A stretch of 64,000 bases of DNA from Candidatus Cloacimonadota bacterium. GTDB taxonomy: Bacteria > Cloacimonadota > Cloacimonadia > JGIOTU-2. Of this stretch, positions 56,756 to 64,000 are shown piece by piece. The notes beneath the pieces were generated by a model. The model was not told the origin of the DNA and did no database searches. It was given only the letters and a program-made list of their open reading frames with translations. A program made the translations under genes and the position numbers. Numbering within the stretch: the stretch's first letter is position 1; every line of letters begins with the position of its first letter. The stretch spans positions 1 through 64,000 of the forward strand of contig JBNGBT010000005.1 in assembly GCA_049903315.1 (NCBI GenBank). The letters are read 5' to 3'.

Positions 56756-57265
56756 TTATTCTTCTAATTCAAACTTCCAGGCACAATAGAATGTATCGGG
56801 ATGTTTATCTGGAGGACAGACAATACAGGTTGTTTTAATACGTGCATCAATCGTTTTGGCAAATTCGCCGTACTCTACAATTCCCACACTTTTGCAGGGA
56901 AAATCTGGTAACCCTTTTTTCGTTCTGGCATATTGAACACGGCAGTGGTTCATTTGGAAGAGGAAAGAATTTTCCGTTTCTTCGCTAATACTCTGAATAT
57001 TTAATCTACTGTATAATCTGAAAGAAAGAGCTTTTTTTAAACCTTCCAAACCACTGTTTTCGGGAATGTTATGTCTCTTCATTATTCGTTTTGCTTCGAT
57101 CTTTGTAAAAGCTCTCCAGGCTTCGATATCGAGTTCAATCGCTTTTTCCAAACCGAAATTCTTTTCCACCTGCTGGAACCATAAGCCATCGTGCGCTAAC
57201 CAGTTCTTGGCAAAATCATCCAGCATACCAATCAGCTGCTTCCGAGATAGATTATCTAAATCCAT
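56756..57265 (-). CDS. DUF6125-like protein
   Basis: KNWLAHDGLWF, CRVQ.AR..KGL..FPCK.VG..EY..FA..ID, C..CPPD.HP..FYCAW.F. Confidence 0.75.
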   Translation of the reverse strand: MDLDNLSRKQLIGMLDDFAKNWLAHDGLWFQQVEKNFGLEKAIELDIEAWRAFTKIEAKRIMKRHNIPENSGLEGLKKALSFRLYSRLNIQSISEETENSFLFQMNHCRVQYARTKKGLPDFPCKSVGIVEYGEFAKTIDARIKTTCIVCPPDKHPDTFYCAWKFELEE

Positions 57266-57622
57266 TCACTTCTCCCAAAGAAAAATATCTTTTTAGAATG
57301 CAGTTTTTCTATAGGTTTTGTGTCAATAAAAAAACTAAATCAAAGCTATTATAATAAGGTGAAAATGATTTGATTCGTAGTAAAAATGAAGCAGAAATAT
57401 TTCCAGACTTCTTTTCATTTTATCTGATTCCATCTATGCCGAATCGTATCACATACTTTGAGAGAAGATTGATATAACAAGGATTGCAACTGTATAGATA
57501 TTATCCGTTTTCAGTCCTCCTTCCTCACTTTTCCTTTCAAATCGCATAATTATTCCTATTTATTGACATAATAAGGGAAAAAACTAAGAAAAAGTAAATT
57601 ACTCATCTATCAAGGAGCATAT

Positions 57623-57913
57623 ATGGATAAGAAAAAAGTGGATGAATTCAAAGTGAAGGGCGAAGAACTTCTTGGAAAAGTGAAAGAGATCATTCATGAA
57701 GGCAATATCCGAAAAATCATTATTAAGAATGATAACGGTAAAACCTATCTTGAAATTCCCGTAACGATCGGTGTGGTCGGCTTGGTTTTAGCTCCCGTAT
57801 GGGTAGCGATCGGTGCACTTGCAGCGCTTGCATCCCATTTTACAATTCAGGTGATCAAAAAAGAGGTTAAAGCGAAACCCGAAGAAAAAGAAGTTCCAGC
57901 CAAGAAGAAGTAA
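57623..57913 (+). CDS. DUF4342 family protein
   Basis: KVKEIIHEGNIRKIIIK...LEIPVTIG; RBS AAGGAG. Confidence 0.85.
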   Translation: MDKKKVDEFKVKGEELLGKVKEIIHEGNIRKIIIKNDNGKTYLEIPVTIGVVGLVLAPVWVAIGALAALASHFTIQVIKKEVKAKPEEKEVPAKKK

Positions 57914-57934
57914 GCAACTTTGAAACGCGAGAAT

Positions 57935-57967
57935 AGGGTTCCTGAAATACGGAACCCTTTATCTTTT
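57935..57967 (+). terminator. Rho-independent terminator
   Basis: AGGGTTCC-TGAAATAC-GGAACCCT followed by a T-rich tail. Confidence 0.7.
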
Positions 57968-57995
57968 ATTTCAGAATTTTAAAGAGAACGAACAC

Positions 57996-59882
57996 GTGGA
58001 ACTGAGTTACATGAAGATGCAGATCTTTGAGATAGGTCTGCTCATTCTCGCTGCTTACATTGGCGGCATGATCGCCCGTAAGCTGAAGATCGGGGAGGTT
58101 ATCGGGCAAATTTTCGGTGGTATTCTGGTCGGACCGCATTTTCTGGAGCTCGTACACAAATTTTTAATGAATCATGAGGGACTCAAGCAGATATTTTTTT
58201 TCAAACCCATTTATCATTTCTATGCTACGACATTTCCTGAATATGCAAACATCCTGGAGAGCTACCACTTCTTTGTCTTCCTTTTTCTCGGTTTGATCGC
58301 TTTCTCAATAGGTGAAGAGCTTCACCTTGACCGAATCAAAGAAGTGGGTGCAAAAGCAGCAATCATCTGCGTAATACAAGGACTTCTCACATGGGCTTTG
58401 CTTTTTCTCGGGTTCCGGTTCATATTCCATTTTGATGTGATTCTTTCTCTTATTCTCGGCTCGATCGGTATTGCCACTGCGCCGGCACTCACATTCCTGC
58501 TTATGAATAAACTCCGTATAGAAGGCACGTTGCGGAAAGTGCTCGCTAATGTGATCGTGCTGGATAATATAATGGAGGTTGTGTTCTTTTCTGTGTTCCT
58601 CAGCATTGGCATTGTTTTGAGCAAAGGGCAGAATCTATCATCTCTTTCCATCACTGGTCATGTGCTCAAGGATCTCCTTCTTGCGATTCTTATTGGAGCT
58701 GTGATTTTCTTTGTACTGAAGCTCGCAATAAAAAAGCGATTGCCAGAAGAAATTGATTTTGCCGAATCCGATTCTTTTCTTTCAACAGTACTCTCAGAGC
58801 ATCCCACTCCATCAGTAGAGATACTTCTTATTATTTTGGGAGTAGTATCTATCGGTGTTGCAATTGCCATTCATTTCAATCTTCCTTTCCTGATAACAGC
58901 AGTTGTTGCCGGGCTTCTCATTTCCAATTTTCATTCCCACGCAATTTTTGATTCACTTAAGATAGAAAATGTCATGCCCATTATGAACCTGCTCTTCTTT
59001 GCGATCATTGGTGCAAGTGTCAGGTTGGAGAGTTTCTCAAGACAGACAATAATTTTTGTGATCGCATATCTTATACTCAGAACACTTGGCAAACTATTTG
59101 GTAACTGGATAGGTTGTAAACTCACAAAACAAGACCCCAAAATTACCGCAAGTTTGCCCAAACTCATGCTTCCTCAGGCGGGTGTGGCAGCGGTTGAGAC
59201 AATTCTCGTAGCTGCAATGTTGAAAGGTCACGGTGGAGGGATCATTTTTGATACGATCATTCCTGCCTTGGTCGTATTTGAACTCGTAGGTGCATGGCTG
59301 TCTGAGAGGACGCTCGTGAAGTGGAGGAACTGGACAGTAGGCGAGCGGGAAGCACTTCTCACAAAAGAGGATGCTTCTAATGAATTTTCACTTTTTAATC
59401 TTATACAAGATCGAGTAACCGAGATGATGGCAGCAACGCGGGAGCAAGCCGTGTTTGAGTTATCGCAGATATTTGTAAAGGAACATCTGGTTCCTGAGAC
59501 GAAGATTATCACGGATGCAGTACTCGAGCGGGAGAAGCTTGCCAGTACGGCAATTGGGAGAGGTATTGCCCTTCCACATTGCAGGATTTCTTCAATAAAC
59601 ACCACAAAAGTTGCATGTGGGTTACTCCGAAATCCAGTAAACTGGGATACCCCAGACAATCAACCTGTTGATCTCATATTTCTGATCATTACTCCAGATA
59701 GGTTCCCCGAACAGCATCTACAAGCAATCAAAGCGATCAGTATTGCATTGCAAACACTGCATTTCAAGGAATCTTTAAAGCAGGCGATTACTAAGAAGCA
59801 GGTGAGAGCATTTCTTCAAAAACTTTCTATTCAAGAGAACAAAACTCAGCAAGGAAACACTGTTATTATATATGAGAACTAG
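57996..59882 (+). CDS. Cation:proton antiporter fused to a C-terminal PTS EIIA(Ntr/Fru)-like domain
   Basis: About 12 TM segments with G...GGILVGP, ATAPA, PQAGVA; C-terminal EREKLASTAIGRGIALPH...W..PD..PVDLIFL (start may be ATG 58011). Confidence 0.88.
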   Translation: MELSYMKMQIFEIGLLILAAYIGGMIARKLKIGEVIGQIFGGILVGPHFLELVHKFLMNHEGLKQIFFFKPIYHFYATTFPEYANILESYHFFVFLFLGLIAFSIGEELHLDRIKEVGAKAAIICVIQGLLTWALLFLGFRFIFHFDVILSLILGSIGIATAPALTFLLMNKLRIEGTLRKVLANVIVLDNIMEVVFFSVFLSIGIVLSKGQNLSSLSITGHVLKDLLLAILIGAVIFFVLKLAIKKRLPEEIDFAESDSFLSTVLSEHPTPSVEILLIILGVVSIGVAIAIHFNLPFLITAVVAGLLISNFHSHAIFDSLKIENVMPIMNLLFFAIIGASVRLESFSRQTIIFVIAYLILRTLGKLFGNWIGCKLTKQDPKITASLPKLMLPQAGVAAVETILVAAMLKGHGGGIIFDTIIPALVVFELVGAWLSERTLVKWRNWTVGEREALLTKEDASNEFSLFNLIQDRVTEMMAATREQAVFELSQIFVKEHLVPETKIITDAVLEREKLASTAIGRGIALPHCRISSINTTKVACGLLRNPVNWDTPDNQPVDLIFLIITPDRFPEQHLQAIKAISIALQTLHFKESLKQAITKKQVRAFLQKLSIQENKTQQGNTVIIYEN

Positions 59883-60101
59883 AAATATTTATCGTTAACA
59901 AAATTCTTGACATTTTAAACCTCTTTTAAGAAACAAAATTAATCTTATTGCAATTCAAATCAGGGAAAGAATGTGAGTCTTATTAGTTCATCTCATGTTG
60001 TCCCTCTGAATCAGAAACTCCAAGGGTAGCTGAAGATTAGAAATCGATTTACGCTCAATACGAGCAAAACCTGTAAACGAATAAAACCCATTGGAGGTTC
60101 C

Positions 60102-62285
60102 ATGAAGAAATTTATTCTTATAATTTTACTTTTTACGATTCCATGTTTATTACATGCCCAGAGTATTATCGACTTGGTTACACCAAACGTAGCTTTTCCA
60201 GGTCAGAATTTCGAAGTTAATATCATCGTACCAGAAGATTTTATTGTGTATGGACAGGATATCTGGTGCTGGATTGAAGCAAGTACAATGAATTGTGATT
60301 GTACATCTATTAATTCTCCCGAGCAGCGGGTTGTAGTTGCAGATTTTGCCTTGCCATATTTTTTCCCAGAAGAGGAATGTGAAATAATCGTATATTCTGA
60401 TGAAAAACCAGATGCTAGCATAACCTTTTACGTTGTTCCTCAATATGAATGCCCTTCAATATTGTTTATAGAACCGGACCATGCTATTCAAGGCGAAACA
60501 GTTGACCTTACAATTTCTACACAAAATGCACAATCTGACGATCCTAATGTGAAATTGATACATGGAACTGACGTGATTGAAGCAACCTCTGTACAACAAA
60601 CTGGACCTGATGAATTTGAGGCAACAGTTGATATTCCTGATGATATTACACCTGCAGACTGGCTGGTAGTTCTCTCTAATTTGTCCGGGTCTGGAGGTGA
60701 GGAATGGAATGTAAATAATGAAGTCGCAGTATATTCAAGTGCAACAGGAGATTTAACCGGGGAAGTATTTAAGGCAGGATCAAGTAATCCGATTGAAGGT
60801 GCCACAGTGACTTGTACATATAAGTCAACACAAACAAATTCATCTGGTTCATACAGTATTAATGATGTGCCAATCGGCGAGCATCAAATTAGTTGTATGG
60901 CGTGGGGGTATGATGGATACGTTGATTTTGTGACAATTATATTGGATGATGTAACTTCATATGATTTTAACCTCAATTGGGGGACCTGTGATCCAGATCC
61001 AGCAATAATTTATAAACATGTTCCACCTGATGGGTATGAAACCGGATATATATTTTGTAATAATACAGGGACAAGAGATGTTAATTATTCAGCCCAATGT
61101 GTCTTTGATGAAGATGAGGGTAAGAATTTCGGCGACCTTCTTTTCAGCTTTGATGCAACAGCGACTACAGGATCAACGAAACTATTTGGTATAAATACCG
61201 ATGGTTCATATTTTTATCTGGCTGATTATGATATATCTGAATTTTATAAGTTAGATTTTGATGGAACATTAATAAATTCATTTTCAATCCCTGGCGTGTC
61301 TGAAATTCGAGGGCTTGCATACGATGGAACATATTTCTATGGAGGAAAAAGAGAGATGTATTTTTGGGAAATGGATTTCGACACACAATCTCTGATCAGT
61401 ACAACCAATACCTTGATGCAAATAAGAGCAATGACCTATGATCCGGTAAATGATGGTTTCTGGGTGAATAATGTTACAACTGATCTGCGATTAATTAACA
61501 GGATTGGAATGCAGCAAGACATCATTCCTTCTCCAGGGTATATGATGGGAGTCGCTTATGACGGATTCTCTGATGGTGGTCCATATTTGTGGTGCTTCAG
61601 AGGTGTAAATGGTCCAGTTCAGGATTGTTGGATAGAGCAAATAGATATTGCAACAGGGACACCTACAGGTGTTGAAATACAGGTCAATGATGATCTTGGA
61701 GATGGCTATGCGAGTGGATTATTCTGTAGCGATCAGATCATTCCAGGAAAGGTTGTGCTTGGTGGTATTATTTCGCAGGCTACAAAGGATGTTGTATTCG
61801 GGTACGAGATAAAATCTGATGATTGGGCTATGATCACAGAAAATGCAACAGGAACTATTCCCGCTGGAGGTTCGATTGGCATGACAATCGAACTCAATGC
61901 AACAGGCATGGAAGTGGGTGAAGAGCACCATTGTGATATAGTAATTGAACATGATGGAAGCGACAGCACTGATGTAATTGTCCCTATAACGATGATCGTG
62001 AGTTATGATGTTGATGATCCCCCAACCTCACAAACGTTATGCGCACAACATTGTCCAAATCCTGCTGCAAGTTCTGTTGAAATTAGCTATTTTGTGCCCC
62101 ACATGCATGAGGGAGAAGAAATCCCGATATGTATCTACAATATTCGAGGACAACTCATCGATTCTGTTCAAGGAAGAGATGGACGTGCAATCTGGAATAC
62201 AAAGCACATCACTTCGGGTATTTACTTCTACAAAATTGAAAAAGAAAATATTGAATTAGTAAGAAAGATGCTCATCATTAAATAA
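60102..62285 (+). CDS. Secreted protein with carboxypeptidase-regulatory-like and beta-propeller domains and C-terminal sorting domain
   Basis: RBS GGAGG and signal peptide. G.V....PIEGATV...T...G.Y, repeated G.AYDG, C-terminal PNP...YNIRGQLI...SGIYFYKI. Confidence 0.8.
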   Translation: MKKFILIILLFTIPCLLHAQSIIDLVTPNVAFPGQNFEVNIIVPEDFIVYGQDIWCWIEASTMNCDCTSINSPEQRVVVADFALPYFFPEEECEIIVYSDEKPDASITFYVVPQYECPSILFIEPDHAIQGETVDLTISTQNAQSDDPNVKLIHGTDVIEATSVQQTGPDEFEATVDIPDDITPADWLVVLSNLSGSGGEEWNVNNEVAVYSSATGDLTGEVFKAGSSNPIEGATVTCTYKSTQTNSSGSYSINDVPIGEHQISCMAWGYDGYVDFVTIILDDVTSYDFNLNWGTCDPDPAIIYKHVPPDGYETGYIFCNNTGTRDVNYSAQCVFDEDEGKNFGDLLFSFDATATTGSTKLFGINTDGSYFYLADYDISEFYKLDFDGTLINSFSIPGVSEIRGLAYDGTYFYGGKREMYFWEMDFDTQSLISTTNTLMQIRAMTYDPVNDGFWVNNVTTDLRLINRIGMQQDIIPSPGYMMGVAYDGFSDGGPYLWCFRGVNGPVQDCWIEQIDIATGTPTGVEIQVNDDLGDGYASGLFCSDQIIPGKVVLGGIISQATKDVVFGYEIKSDDWAMITENATGTIPAGGSIGMTIELNATGMEVGEEHHCDIVIEHDGSDSTDVIVPITMIVSYDVDDPPTSQTLCAQHCPNPAASSVEISYFVPHMHEGEEIPICIYNIRGQLIDSVQGRDGRAIWNTKHITSGIYFYKIEKENIELVRKMLIIK

Positions 62286-62457
62286 GGCATTTTTATAATA
62301 GTATAAAAATAATTGAGAGAGGGAATTATGAGTAAATGTTGTTTGTTGAGAATTATAACATATTCTTCTACAATCCGATAAAAATTTCGGAAATATTTTA
62401 AACCATTTTACTCGATAACCATCATATGAAGAAAGCAAAATTTCTCAAGGAGAATCA

Positions 62458-63291
62458 ATGAAAAATATCCTTCAAATCACAGTTATACTCATGATGGTTT
62501 TTAGCTTTTCTTCCTGTCAAAGTCAGGAACTTACGAGTATTTATATTTCGTCAGAACGAGTTGTAGATGGGTATGTAGATGAGTGGCAAGACAATGATAT
62601 GACGTTTCTTGAAAAACAGGATGTGTTGGTTGGCGCGGTTAATGATGACGAGTATCTTTATATTAGTTTCTATTCAACTTCACGAGAGCGGGCAATGCAG
62701 CTTATGCAGTCTGGTTTTACGATATGGCTGAATGCAAAAGGAAAGAAAAAGGATTTTGGAATACACTACCCAATCAGAAATATCGAGGGTATGGCGATGC
62801 AAAAATCTGACAGAGGTTTTGACAAGCAGCCCAGAGAAGAAAAATCTTCAACGGATAATGCCAAACCCGATTTCATGGAAAAGGTGGATAAGAATCTTGT
62901 GATCATCGATGGGAAAGATGAGAAAGAATACAAGAGAGAGTATCTGCAAGATATTGAGGTGGCATATACCTTCAATAGAGAAATGTTTATTTACGAATTA
63001 AAAATACCTCTTATTGCAGAGGAGCATAAATATTCTGTTGAACCGACTGATAAAAAAGTGATATATGTATGCTTTGAAACCGATGAAGTTGAAAGACCTC
63101 AAAGACCCTCAGGTGGTCGCGGTCCGGGACAGGGTGGACCTCCTTCAGGTGGAATGGATGATAGACCACAAGGCGGACCCGGCAGCGGACATGAGAATCC
63201 CATGGGCGGTGAAATCCAGGAAATGCCCTCACAGTTTGAAATATGGATGAAAATTCAGTTGGGAACATCAACTGAGTTAGAGAATGAATAA
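62458..63291 (+). CDS. Hypothetical lipoprotein with Gly/Pro-rich C-terminal region
   Basis: RBS AAGGAG; lipobox FSFSSC; VDG..DEW, ND.EYLYI, YELKIPL. Confidence 0.75.
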   Translation: MKNILQITVILMMVFSFSSCQSQELTSIYISSERVVDGYVDEWQDNDMTFLEKQDVLVGAVNDDEYLYISFYSTSRERAMQLMQSGFTIWLNAKGKKKDFGIHYPIRNIEGMAMQKSDRGFDKQPREEKSSTDNAKPDFMEKVDKNLVIIDGKDEKEYKREYLQDIEVAYTFNREMFIYELKIPLIAEEHKYSVEPTDKKVIYVCFETDEVERPQRPSGGRGPGQGGPPSGGMDDRPQGGPGSGHENPMGGEIQEMPSQFEIWMKIQLGTSTELENE

Positions 63292-63321
63292 ATAATTGAA
63301 TGACACAATTTTGGAGATAAA

Positions 63322-64000
63322 ATGAAAAAGATAATAATAATCATACTCATAATAGTAGCTCTCGCTGTCGGTGCATATTTTCTCTTGTTTATAAATGCAT
63401 CGAATGGCGATGTAATCTTTCAATACGCATCCCTGGAAAAGGGTAATATTGAAGAACTGGTTTCCTGCACAGGTACTCTCGAATTTCTGGGAGCTGTCGA
63501 GGTAGGCACAGAGCTCTCCGGCACGGTCACTGAGGTACTCGTTGATTATAATGATGATGTTAAGGAAGATCAAATATTGGCAGTACTCGACACGACTAAG
63601 ATCGTGTATGAAGTGCGAAATGCACAAGCAGCGTTTGCAAATTCTGAAGCTCAATATAAGCTTGCGAAAAGAAAATATGAGGATGACAAAAAGCTCTTTG
63701 AGCAGAATTATATTTCCGATCTGGATTTATTAACTTCCGAAACGAGTTATAAACAAGCGTATGCATCCTATGTATCAGCAGAAATAAATCTGGAAAAAGC
63801 TCAAACCAATTTGAATAAATATTCCATCATTCGCTCGCCAATAAACGGCAAAGTGATCGACAGATCTGTGGAAGAGGGACAAACTGTTGCAGCAAGTTTA
63901 TCAGCACCTGTCCTCTTCACAATTGCAGAAGATCTTTCCCGGATGGAGATTCATGCACTTGTCGATGAAAGTGATATTGGGCTTATTGATGAGGGACAGA
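63322..64000 (+). CDS. Efflux periplasmic adaptor subunit (MacA/HlyD family), 3'-truncated by window edge
   Basis: Manual translation MKKIIIIILII...VSCTGTL...VEVGTELSGTV..V.VDYND.VK..Q.LA.LD...IRSPINGKVI.R.VEEGQTVAASL.AP.LF.IA.DL; RBS GGAG. Confidence 0.9.
   Translation, partial: MKKIIIIILIIVALAVGAYFLLFINASNGDVIFQYASLEKGNIEELVSCTGTLEFLGAVEVGTELSGTVTEVLVDYNDDVKEDQILAVLDTTKIVYEVRNAQAAFANSEAQYKLAKRKYEDDKKLFEQNYISDLDLLTSETSYKQAYASYVSAEINLEKAQTNLNKYSIIRSPINGKVIDRSVEEGQTVAASLSAPVLFTIAEDLSRMEIHALVDESDIGLIDEGQ

Noticed and set aside
57266..57622. 356-bp intergenic region as an ncRNA locus
   Set aside because: Only divergent TTGACA-type boxes were seen, with no convincing structure or known RNA motif.

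Overview
This is a low-GC bacterial chromosome segment, probably from Cloacimonadota or a related FCB-group anaerobe. That assignment is inferred from five large secreted proteins ending in FlgD-Ig/T9SS-type C-terminal domains. Most of the window is housekeeping: nnr-HK-mazG-pilD-asnS, hrcA-grpE-dnaK-dnaJ-rsmE with a CIRCE operator, der-plsY-purF-hldA-hldC-pflX, HU plus an unannotated 29-aa bS22/mS38-like protein, lon-ricT-deoC-thyX, gmk-(divergent rpoZ)-udg-dnaB-mlaE-trmL, and two tRNA-Pro genes. Two loci stand out. (1) At 11970-22203, a histidine kinase and a sigma-54 activator sit before a -24/-12 promoter. That promoter precedes glutamate dehydrogenase, two PPDK-like ATP-grasp proteins lacking the pyruvate barrel, and a metallophosphoesterase. 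The larger ATP-grasp protein shares the kinase's GAF-like domain and ends in a nucleotidyltransferase domain, so the locus may be an uncharacterised writer/eraser regulatory system. (2) At 56277-56687, a tRNA-Pro is followed by a GIY-YIG nuclease and a second tRNA copy whose anticodon arm is exactly replaced by a 16-nt TCC...GGA hairpin. Hairpins of the same length and ends occur inside three other intergenic repeats. Nested REP/MITE-like repeats, a meaB internal-deletion pseudogene and a chimeric ORF in an AT-rich islet are also visible. No CRISPR array, rRNA, prophage or intact transposase was seen. All family assignments come from motif recognition by eye; no database searches were run.
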